Of a DNA stretch of 64,000 bases, positions 17,855 through 25,897 are shown in pieces. The translations under genes were made by a program, and so were the position numbers. The first letter of the stretch is position 1. The number at the start of each line of letters is the position of its first letter. This DNA comes from an uncultured Clostridia bacterium. Its GTDB lineage: Bacteria > Bacillota > Clostridia > Christensenellales > UBA1242. The notes beneath the pieces are model-generated. The model had not been told where the DNA came from. It saw nothing but the letters and a program-made list of their open reading frames with translations, and ran no database searches. The stretch covers positions 6,197 through 70,196 of the forward strand of contig CALVNT010000038.1 of the NCBI GenBank assembly GCA_944349925.1. The letters are read 5' to 3'.

Positions 17855-18517
17855 TTATAAGTTAACCCCCACTATTTCTCCTGTTTGAGCGTCTATAACT
17901 ACATCATATTTAATTCCTTGCTCACAAACTAAGCGGAAAGACCAGAAAAGTTCTTGAAAACTGCCACCTTTTTCATGTAGCAATTTCAAATATCCCTCTC
18001 CACAGAAAGAACCATTACTATAACATGAAGATATTTCATCAATTAGTGCAATTTGTGATTTTTGTAAAGCCTCTTGCCAATTTATTGCAAAATTATTGCT
18101 TACATTTTCAAGTTGTAAAGATTTTTCTTCTACTGTAATAGAAACATTTGCATCAGCATTGATGTTAAATCCCAAATCACCCATATAACAATTATTCAAA
18201 GGATTAAATTCTAACAACAATGAAGTATCCTGTCCATCTATACTTACTACGCAGTCTATAGCATCATTTTTTAATACAGAATCAAACTCAACTTGCAAAA
18301 GAGCAAAGTCACAAGTTTCCCCATGCCGTCCGTCAACTTTATAATCTATCTCACGCTCTCCCACACTCAATGTTGCATTAAAGCCATTGCCTTCGGCTTG
18401 AAAATAAACCTTAGTTGTTTCACTCATATAATCTTCAAGTTCAAATTGTTTAGAGCCACAGCCTGCCAAAACAAATGGTAAAATTAATACAAAGATAAAA
18501 GGAACAACTTTTTTCAT
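17855..18517 (-). CDS. Lipoprotein with a C-terminal PepSY-like motif
   Basis: Start moved to ATG 18517 (AGAGGTG RBS). MKKVVPFIFVLILPFVLAGCGS carries a lipobox. The C-terminus is DVVIDAQTGEIVGVN. Confidence 0.55.
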   Translation of the reverse strand: MKKVVPFIFVLILPFVLAGCGSKQFELEDYMSETTKVYFQAEGNGFNATLSVGEREIDYKVDGRHGETCDFALLQVEFDSVLKNDAIDCVVSIDGQDTSLLLEFNPLNNCYMGDLGFNINADANVSITVEEKSLQLENVSNNFAINWQEALQKSQIALIDEISSCYSNGSFCGEGYLKLLHEKGGSFQELFWSFRLVCEQGIKYDVVIDAQTGEIVGVNL

Positions 18518-18584
18518 AAACACCTCTTTTATAAAATATGTTGGACATAACAAAAAAATGTGTTAAAATAATTCAGAGGCGAAT

Positions 18585-19502
18585 ATGAAAAAAAATTTGA
18601 AATATTATTTAAACAAAGCATTAAATCAACATTTCGCACTTGGTGCTTTCAACATTTGCAATCTCGAAAATTTTCAAGCGGTTTTAGAGGCAAGTATAAT
18701 AGCAAACTCACCTGTTATCGTTGCAATTAGCGAAAGTTCAATGCAATATATGGGCGAAGATTTTATAAAATCTATTATTCAAGTTGCGAAAAAGAAAAAC
18801 CCCGCACTTTTTTTTAATTTGGATCATGGCAAATCATTTGAAATTTGCAAAAAAGCAATAGATTTAGGATTTGACAGCGTCATGATTGATGGAAGCCTTC
18901 TTAGTTTAAAGGATAATATTGCTCTTACAAAGAAAGTTGTTAAATACGCCCACAAACGAAAGGTTTTAGTAGAAGGTGAGATTGGTCAAATCAAAGGAAC
19001 TGAAGATAAAATTTGCGCTAAAGACCAATTATACACAAGGGCGATTGATGCATCTATATTTGTAAAACAAACAGAAGTCGATTTGCTTGCAGTATCAATA
19101 GGGACTGCACATGGAGCCAACAAATATACTAAAAAAGCACAACTAAGATTTGATATTTTAAGTGAAATTGAAAAGGAATTGCCAAATACTCCTCTTGTTT
19201 TACATGGAGCTTCTACTGTGGACAAATCATATATAAATTTAATGAAAAAATATGGTGGCAAAATAAATGGCAAAGGTTTAGACAAACAATTGATTGTAAA
19301 AGCCGTGAAAAATCACAACATCGTTAAAGTCAATACCGACACCGACATAAGACTTGTCTCGACAGCAAGTTTGAGAAAGATTTTATCTGAAAAGCCCGAC
19401 ATATTTGACCCGAGAATAATATTTGGCTATTATAAAAAAAATTTAATAAAATATTTGACAAACAAAATACAAAATGTTCTTTTCTCCGACAATAAAATTT
19501 AA
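18585..19502 (+). CDS. fba: Class II fructose/ketose-bisphosphate aldolase
   Basis: 305 aa. GAFNICNLE, LDHG, IGTAHG, LVLHGAS motifs. Confidence 0.85.
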   Translation: MKKNLKYYLNKALNQHFALGAFNICNLENFQAVLEASIIANSPVIVAISESSMQYMGEDFIKSIIQVAKKKNPALFFNLDHGKSFEICKKAIDLGFDSVMIDGSLLSLKDNIALTKKVVKYAHKRKVLVEGEIGQIKGTEDKICAKDQLYTRAIDASIFVKQTEVDLLAVSIGTAHGANKYTKKAQLRFDILSEIEKELPNTPLVLHGASTVDKSYINLMKKYGGKINGKGLDKQLIVKAVKNHNIVKVNTDTDIRLVSTASLRKILSEKPDIFDPRIIFGYYKKNLIKYLTNKIQNVLFSDNKI

Positions 19503-19545
19503 GAAAATTTATTTAAAACAAAAAAAACTTGGCATAACCAAGTTT

Positions 19546-19794
19546 TTATTTTTGGGCATACTTTCTTTTTGTCGCCTCTCCACCGCGTATATGTTTTTGT
19601 GCAAAGTTTAAATCTAAAATTTGTTGGACTTTTAAATAAAGCACTTTGTCGATTTTGTAAAGTCTTTTTGAAACATCATTATGCACAGTACTTTTGCTCA
19701 AAGAAAAAATTTTGGCAGTTTTTCTTATCGTGTCGCCAGTGGAAAGAATGTGATTTGCAAGCATAAGCACCCTTTCCAGCAAATCTTTATTCAT
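19546..19794 (-). CDS. spoIIID: Sporulation transcriptional regulator SpoIIID
   Basis: TIRKTAKIFSLSKSTVHNDVSKRL...HIRGGEATKRKY matches SpoIIID. The start is placed at ATG 19794 (GGAGG 5 nt upstream) rather than at the track start 19806. Confidence 0.9.
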   Translation of the reverse strand: MNKDLLERVLMLANHILSTGDTIRKTAKIFSLSKSTVHNDVSKRLYKIDKVLYLKVQQILDLNFAQKHIRGGEATKRKYAQK

Positions 19795-19848
19795 AGATGC
19801 CTCCATGGGATAAACTATGAATAAAAATTGAAAATTATGTCAAAATTT

Positions 19849-19928
19849 GTAGAAAAAAACTTCCAGAAGTTTGGAAGTTGTTATTTTTGTAGAAAAAAAC
19901 TTCCAAAAATTTGGAAGTTGTTATTTTT
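19849..19928. repeat. Two tandem 40-bp copies of a terminator-hairpin unit
   Basis: gtagaaaaaaacttccaGaaGtttggaagttgttattttt (19849-19888) versus the same unit with A/A in the loop (19889-19928). Each copy holds the stem aacttcca/tggaagtt flanked by A- and T-runs. Copy 2 overlaps the acpP stop. Confidence 0.85.
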
Positions 19929-20157
19929 TTGAATATTCATTGATAAGATTTACAATTGAAGGTATAGTACTAAGTTCCTTTAATTTTTCATCTGGGATTG
20001 AAACTTTAAATTCATCTTCAAAAGTCATTAGCATCTCGACTACATCTAGAGAATCAGCGCCTAAATCTTCAACAACATCAGCATCATCTTTAATATCGTC
20101 AGTAGATATACAAAGTTGTTCAGCAATAATCTTTTTTACTCTATCGATTGTTTCCAT
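19921..20157 (-). CDS. acpP: Acyl carrier protein
   Basis: 78 aa. DLGADSLDVVEMLMTFEDEF contains the phosphopantetheine-attachment Ser motif. Confidence 0.9.
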   Translation of the reverse strand: METIDRVKKIIAEQLCISTDDIKDDADVVEDLGADSLDVVEMLMTFEDEFKVSIPDEKLKELSTIPSIVNLINEYSKK

Positions 20158-20225
20158 AATTCCTCCATAGGTATTATATCATATACTTACGAAAAAACAA
20201 ACAAAAAAGCAGAAATTTTTTCTGC

Positions 20226-20786
20226 TTATTTGTTTTGTAAATCTAAGTAGTTGTTTGGATCAACAACTTGATTGTCTAGCATAAGTGTAAAATGTAAATG
20301 ATTGCCTAGATCGATTTCTGCATTAGCACTATTACCGGCAGTTCCTATTTTTTGTCCAGAAGAGACTTTGTCACCTTCATTAACAACAGGTTCTTCTGCT
20401 AAAGAACAATACTGACTTACAAAACCGTTTGAGTGAGTAATTTCAATCATATAGCCATTTAAAACATCATAGCTAACTTTTGAAACTGTTCCATCAAGGA
20501 CAGCGAAAACATCAGCATTGTCAGACGCAAAATCTACAGAAAGATGAGCTTCCCATTGATTTAAAGAAGTGTTTTCTTGAAGTTCTGTAGAAGAATAATC
20601 TTTAACTATACTAGCTTCTTGCATAGGTAAAGAAAACTCTAAACTTGGTGAAGAAGTTGGAACGGCTTGTCCCCCAGCAAGCACGCCTACAGTAATTGCA
20701 ACAACAAGAACAACAACGCCTACTGCCACATACATCCAATAGTTTTTTAAAAACTCGACAACCTTATTCTTTTTTGTGATTTCCAT
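20226..20786 (-). CDS. Membrane-anchored M23/LytM-domain protein, SpoIIQ-like
   Basis: 186 aa with an N-terminal TM segment (WMYVAVGVVVLVVAITVGVL). The LytM motifs HLSVD (HxxxD) and NHLHF (HxH) are intact. It sits beside spoIIID, as spoIIQ does in other spore formers. Confidence 0.55.
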   Translation of the reverse strand: MEITKKNKVVEFLKNYWMYVAVGVVVLVVAITVGVLAGGQAVPTSSPSLEFSLPMQEASIVKDYSSTELQENTSLNQWEAHLSVDFASDNADVFAVLDGTVSKVSYDVLNGYMIEITHSNGFVSQYCSLAEEPVVNEGDKVSSGQKIGTAGNSANAEIDLGNHLHFTLMLDNQVVDPNNYLDLQNK

Positions 20787-20851
20787 TTTTAACCTCCTGC
20801 CAACTTTATTGCCTTAAAAAATGATTTTATACATAGATTTTTATTCGCTTA

Positions 20852-21298
20852 TTAAAACCCCGTCAAAATTAGCGGAAAACCGACAATCACTTCATTTTCT
20901 TTAACTGCAATTTGAATATTTACTTTTCGACCTTGCAAATATCTAAAATCTTTAAACATGGAAGTATAACCATAATATATATCAATATTTTCGACTGATT
21001 GCGATTGATAAATTTGTCCATTGACCTTTTTAGCAAATTGATCGATTTCTAGAGATGTAAAATATAAGTTGAAGCCTTTTATTATTTCATTATAGGAATT
21101 ATAAAAATTTTCAAAATCTTCGTAAACCTGCACAAGAAAATCATTGCCGTTTTTAATTTGGTCAAAACCTTCAACCTCTTTTTCCACAACAAAGCAAGCA
21201 CTACAGGCTTCATCAAATGACAAAGAAGGTGACTGAAAATACAAAAATGCAAACAATGAAACAATTAAAAAAAAGACAATCAAATTTTTCATAAACAA
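20852..21298 (-). CDS. Hypothetical signal-anchored protein
   Basis: 148 aa with the N-terminal hydrophobic segment NLIVFFLIVSLFAFLYF. No recognised motif. Confidence 0.5.
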   Translation of the reverse strand: MFMKNLIVFFLIVSLFAFLYFQSPSLSFDEACSACFVVEKEVEGFDQIKNGNDFLVQVYEDFENFYNSYNEIIKGFNLYFTSLEIDQFAKKVNGQIYQSQSVENIDIYYGYTSMFKDFRYLQGRKVNIQIAVKENEVIVGFPLILTGF

Positions 21299-21348
21299 AT
21301 GATTGCCTTTTTAAATTTATTTTTACAAAAAAAAATGCTGAATTTTGT

Positions 21349-21711
21349 TTAAACAAACAATAATGTAAACATTAAAATTGAAGTAGCAAAACAAACTGCA
21401 CTTAAAAAAATAAATAAAGATTTTTTCATTTTCTCATTGCTTTTATTTGCTTGTTTTAACTTTTCATGTTTTTCAGACTCTTGATTTAAAAAGCTTTGAG
21501 GATTAAGGTTTTGTTCTATTTTCTCTGTTTTCTCTATTTTCGCCGAAATCCCTATTTTCTCTGATTTCTCTATCTTCTCTGATTTCTTTGATTTCTCTGT
21601 TTTCTCTGATTTCTCTGATTTTTCTGATTTTTCTAATTTCTGCTCTTTTTTTATGTCTTCATTATTTTTTTTGAATTTAAAATCAGGTGGAAGTGGTGGA
21701 ATATATGGCAT
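21349..21711 (-). CDS. Tail-anchored protein with (E/K)K(S/T/I)EK tandem repeats
   Basis: Start moved to ATG 21711 (AAGGAG 6 nt upstream): MPYIPPLPPDF...KLEKSEKSEKSEKTEKSKKSEKIEKSEKI. The C-terminal TM segment is LFIFLSAVCFATSILMFTLLFV. Confidence 0.6.
   Translation of the reverse strand: MPYIPPLPPDFKFKKNNEDIKKEQKLEKSEKSEKSEKTEKSKKSEKIEKSEKIGISAKIEKTEKIEQNLNPQSFLNQESEKHEKLKQANKSNEKMKKSLFIFLSAVCFATSILMFTLLFV
21512..21642. repeat. 9-bp tandem repeat array (ttctctgat-like, about 13 units) inside the CDS
   Basis: Read directly: ttctctgat, ttctctatc, ttctctgat, ttctttgat, ttctctgtt, ttctctgat, ttctctgat, ttttctgat, ttttctaat. Confidence 0.8.
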
Positions 21712-21755
21712 GTTTTTCTCCTTGAAGTGATTATAAATTAAATATAAACCTTGTG

Positions 21756-22313
21756 TCAAATATTTTCAATGGGATTGTATCCCCAAAATGCTTTTACATC
21801 AACAGAGCTGTCCAAACTTTCGAAAACAAAAGTTAAAATATATTTTTTATTGCTCAAAAAAGAAACATTTTCGTTTGGCAGAATAACAAAAGAAGCCAAA
21901 GTAGATTTCTCTTGTGGAGATAAAAGTGAATTATAATAAAAATAGCCATCTTCATTTTTTATCCAATTACTGTTTTCCACTATGTCAATTTCTACAAATT
22001 GATTTTGTGAAGTAAATGCAAAAACTTTTGCTCGCAAAAAAAGCTGAACACTGTCGCTTAGATTTTTTACAGCAACAACTTGAGGCAATCTTTCTTCTGG
22101 CAAAAAACCACCTGAAAAATTTATCGAGATTGAATTTGATTGATTTTTATCAATTCCGCATTCTAAATTTTGACCAAGCTTTAAATCAGTTGCAAAATTA
22201 TTTTCTGTTGCAAAGAAAAAACCACTTTTGCCTAAATAAATAGAAAGGCCTAATAGCAACACTAGCCCTATACAAGCAAAAAGCCAACCAAAATTTGATT
22301 TATCAATTTTCAT
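21756..22313 (-). CDS. Secreted or signal-anchored protein, possibly of the TasA/camelysin-like fold
   Basis: 185 aa with the N-terminal TM segment FGWLFACIGLVLLLGLSIYLG. VAVKNLSDSVQLFLRAKVFAF resembles the ...N.G...vy.R.k strand motif of SipW-dependent matrix proteins. The similarity is weak. Confidence 0.3.
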   Translation of the reverse strand: MKIDKSNFGWLFACIGLVLLLGLSIYLGKSGFFFATENNFATDLKLGQNLECGIDKNQSNSISINFSGGFLPEERLPQVVAVKNLSDSVQLFLRAKVFAFTSQNQFVEIDIVENSNWIKNEDGYFYYNSLLSPQEKSTLASFVILPNENVSFLSNKKYILTFVFESLDSSVDVKAFWGYNPIENI

Positions 22314-22361
22314 ACTTTTAGTTTGGTCAGCTGCGTAAAAAATTATACAAAATAAGGATAA

Positions 22362-23810
22362 TCATTTTTTTCTTCGTTTAGAGCGCTCTGCTCTAAATTT
22401 GTCTATTTGAATTTGTTTAAATTGATTGCTTTGTTCAATTAAATTTTCTCGACAAACAAGCCACTTATATTTGCGATTGCCATAACTCATGTCATATGAC
22501 AATATGATTATACCTTGCAGAAGATAAATATAGTAAGAGAAAAATCTCCAACCCAAAAGAACCCAAACTAAAATATTGTTTTGTCCAACAATTGAGCCGA
22601 ATGCAGCAGCAAATGAAATTTCACTCATACCAGTTCCGCCCGGCAGAGGGAAAAACGAAGAAGCCATATCAACAAGGTTGCACATAACAAAAACAGGTAT
22701 AAACATATTTGCCTCTAGTCCGCCATTAAAGAACGAAATGATAAAAAACGGAATTGAAAAATGGAAAAACATTTTACAAATATTTAAGAAAATTAAAATA
22801 CAAAAATCTTTTGGATTTTTTGCATATTGTTGCATAACATCTTGAAAATCACTAATATATTTGGTTATTTTTTCATACTGCTTGTCATAATTTTTTATTA
22901 TTTTCATTTTGTAAAGCAGTTTTAAAATTTTTACAACAAGTTTTCTACCAAAACTCTTGCAAACGCAGATAAAAATAGTCGCAATCAAAACGATTGATCC
23001 GAGAACAAAACCAATAATACTAGTTATTGATACAAATGCATTTTGATTTCCCGTTGCAAAGCTATAAATTAAACAAATCAAACTTATAAAAAACCAAGCT
23101 ATTTGTCCAAAAATATATTTGCCTAAAGGTATAGATAAAGATGTATGAAGCATAACTCCATGAGATTTTAAGTAGGCAACTTGAAAAGGCTGACCTCCGG
23201 TTGCCATAGGAGTTACATTATCATAATATTTACCAATGAATGCCACTTTATAAGAGAGCCCTAATCGCCACTTATTCGTGGAAATTTTCATTAAATAACC
23301 TAAAATCAATGTTTCAGTAGCAATTACTGCCAAAAATAAAAGGATAACGATAAAAATTGCACTTACATTGAAACGAAGACCAGATAATGGTGCAAATTCC
23401 TCTTTGGTAAGTTGATAAACCAAAATACCAGCCACAACGGCTATATTTACAAAAAAGAAGATAAGATTTGTTATTTTGCTCTTTTTACTACTTTTTTTAC
23501 TTACGGATTGCTCTGCTTCTGCCATTTTTTGTTTTTGCTCTTCTTCAGACATGGCTTTTGCAAAGGTTATCCCTTCCTTAAATCTAAGTTGCCTAGACTT
23601 AAGTTTTGTTTTTATAACGGAAAAGAGATTTAATTTTGTTCTTTTATTTGTTTTACAAATAGGATAGAGAATTTCACCTTTTTTTAGCGTTATGTTTTCA
23701 TTGGCAAAATCAGTCAAATCATCTGTCGTCATTTGATTGACTTTTCTTTCATCTATGGTCCCTTCAATTGTAAGTTGAACCACTTGTTTTGTTTTTCGAC
23801 TATTTGCCAT
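22362..23810 (-). CDS. Flippase-like (LPG-synthase TM / UPF0104) membrane protein with a ~120-aa cytoplasmic N-extension
   Basis: 482 aa, multi-TM. TPMATGGQPFQVAYLKSHGV is the family signature. Confidence 0.65.
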   Translation of the reverse strand: MANSRKTKQVVQLTIEGTIDERKVNQMTTDDLTDFANENITLKKGEILYPICKTNKRTKLNLFSVIKTKLKSRQLRFKEGITFAKAMSEEEQKQKMAEAEQSVSKKSSKKSKITNLIFFFVNIAVVAGILVYQLTKEEFAPLSGLRFNVSAIFIVILLFLAVIATETLILGYLMKISTNKWRLGLSYKVAFIGKYYDNVTPMATGGQPFQVAYLKSHGVMLHTSLSIPLGKYIFGQIAWFFISLICLIYSFATGNQNAFVSITSIIGFVLGSIVLIATIFICVCKSFGRKLVVKILKLLYKMKIIKNYDKQYEKITKYISDFQDVMQQYAKNPKDFCILIFLNICKMFFHFSIPFFIISFFNGGLEANMFIPVFVMCNLVDMASSFFPLPGGTGMSEISFAAAFGSIVGQNNILVWVLLGWRFFSYYIYLLQGIIILSYDMSYGNRKYKWLVCRENLIEQSNQFKQIQIDKFRAERSKRRKK

Positions 23811-23981
23811 AGAGTAAGTTTAGCAAATAAAAAAGTCCTTGTCAACTTAACAAGGACATTTTATATAAATGTAAATCTAGAAAATGAAAACAATTTACAT
23901 TTCACAAAAATTTAAAGTTCTTATATATAAAATCTTAAAATCATTTTAGATTGAATTTTTGTGATTATTTAGTAAATTTTG

Positions 23982-25760
23982 TTAAATCAAATCACTATAT
24001 CTTTCTTCATAATGTGTGATTGAATATGCGTTTCTTGCCTCTTCTAATTTTTTAGACTCATATTCCCCTGAGTTGTCTTGGAAAATTTCATCATAGAGAA
24101 CATCAAAATAAGTTTTATCTACGAGAGGATTAACTCTAGTGTTATACAAAATATAAATTGCACTATCACTGTTATTTTCGTCCTCGGGATTATAAGAAAG
24201 AGAATAATTTTCATCTACATTAGTTTGAAGAGCTTTTATATTTTCATTTTCTGCAGGCCCAGTGTATATAACAATATGAAGTCCATAACTTGTTCTAACA
24301 TAAGATGAAGTATCTCCAAATTTACCAGCGCCGTTATTATATAAACTTAATCCTGCCTCATTAAATTCTTTAACAAAACTTGAAACTGCATTTCCATCTT
24401 CGTCTTGACCAATAACATAACAAGACTTAGCATTAAACATTCCAGTATCTTCATTATACATATAAATGTATTGATTGATTAAATCTGCTTTTTCGTTATT
24501 AGATTTCGCATTTTTTAGTTGAGTTTGAATAAGTTCTAGCAAGCCTTGCGCAGTTAAGGAGCTCTCTTTTTCTACATAATTTCCATCTGCGTCTTTTTCT
24601 CTTACCACAGGTTTTAAACTTGCGTAAAGGGCGTTTAGGTCATTTTCATACGCCTCACGAGAATAACTTCCATCATATCCCATATCGCCAACATCTGGAG
24701 TATCGCCGTCTGAAGGAGATTGTCCATAAAATTTTTTATACAAATTATTGTAAGTTTCTTGTTGCTGGTCATCAAACTTTAATAAAATATTTGCAACTGT
24801 AAAGTATTGAGTGCCATCATTTTTATAATAGTAAACTGAGCTAGCATCTTCTTGAATAGTGCTATCATATGAAGAGTCATTTTCAATTTCATATTGGACA
24901 TAACCTCTTCTGACTTTGCTTGAATAAAGTGAAAGGATATCGTTGATTGTGACTGAAGAAACTTCATCATAATTTTCATATTCTTCGCTATAAACTTCAA
25001 CCATATAATTTTCATACATTATATCGCAAAGTCTTTCTATCTCTCTAGCGAACAAACTTGGTGAATCTTGAGAAAGATTAAGTCCTTGCTCAGAAGAGAT
25101 AAGAGCTTGTTTATATTTTTCGAAAGCTTTCTGATAATCTTCATTGCCACTTGTAACAAGTTCTATAAAATTTTCATAAATAACATTTAAATCTTCTTTA
25201 TTAGTAAAATCATGAGCATTGCTTTCGTCATACTCAAAACCATCTAAAACTTTTGTAGGAATACTTTTTCTAACAATTTGACCATTTTCAATTTTAGCAT
25301 TTTTAGAGTAACCTTCAAAAGTTATTGTTTCTTCGTCTGATGAAGAGCTTTCTTCCCCTACAATATCATTATAATATGAATTAAAATTGTCAATCAAAGC
25401 GTCCATGGTTTCTTGCCAAATGTATGCTTTTTCTTTTTTAGTAAGTCCGCCACGACTTTCAACAATATCTTCAGCTTCACTTACAGTGATTTTCCTATTT
25501 TCAACAATTTTAAGTGACATATCATAGGCTTCTTTTGCAGAGTATCCATAATACTGCTCATACATTGCACCATAATTGCTATAAGCTTCAATAAGTTCTT
25601 TTTTAGTGATAGAAATAGTTTTTCCATCTTTTTCCAAAGTAGACACAATCGTATCATAATAAAGTTGTGTATTTCGGGTAAACAAAGAACAGCCTGTCAA
25701 AATTGACATACTAAATAATGTAAAACATAATAATAATAATCCCACAAACTTTTTTTTCAT
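23982..25760 (-). CDS. PrsA/SurA-like lipoprotein with a parvulin-type PPIase motif
   Basis: 592 aa. Lipobox SILTGCS. YVRTSYGLHIVIYTG is parvulin-like. It sits downstream of mfd, as in many Firmicutes. Confidence 0.6.
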   Translation of the reverse strand: MKKKFVGLLLLCFTLFSMSILTGCSLFTRNTQLYYDTIVSTLEKDGKTISITKKELIEAYSNYGAMYEQYYGYSAKEAYDMSLKIVENRKITVSEAEDIVESRGGLTKKEKAYIWQETMDALIDNFNSYYNDIVGEESSSSDEETITFEGYSKNAKIENGQIVRKSIPTKVLDGFEYDESNAHDFTNKEDLNVIYENFIELVTSGNEDYQKAFEKYKQALISSEQGLNLSQDSPSLFAREIERLCDIMYENYMVEVYSEEYENYDEVSSVTINDILSLYSSKVRRGYVQYEIENDSSYDSTIQEDASSVYYYKNDGTQYFTVANILLKFDDQQQETYNNLYKKFYGQSPSDGDTPDVGDMGYDGSYSREAYENDLNALYASLKPVVREKDADGNYVEKESSLTAQGLLELIQTQLKNAKSNNEKADLINQYIYMYNEDTGMFNAKSCYVIGQDEDGNAVSSFVKEFNEAGLSLYNNGAGKFGDTSSYVRTSYGLHIVIYTGPAENENIKALQTNVDENYSLSYNPEDENNSDSAIYILYNTRVNPLVDKTYFDVLYDEIFQDNSGEYESKKLEEARNAYSITHYEERYSDLI

Positions 25761-25897
25761 ACATTCTCCGCTCGTATCAAATTCAACTAAAAGTTTAGCA
25801 CATTTGTCCCAAAAATTTCAAGCAATTTAAACGAATTTTAAAATATAAATAAATTTATTGCAAATTAGAGCAAGTTTTAATCATTTTTTATTGACAA

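Noticed and set aside
19871-20170. A 99-aa plus-strand ORF opposite acpP. The same applies to 34213-34419 (minus), 61652-62014 (minus), 54-260 (plus) and 73-255 (minus).
   Set aside because: Each overlaps a confidently identified gene on the other strand or in another frame (acpP, the VanW/TVP38 junction, nucleoside hydrolase, rpoB) and lacks an RBS.
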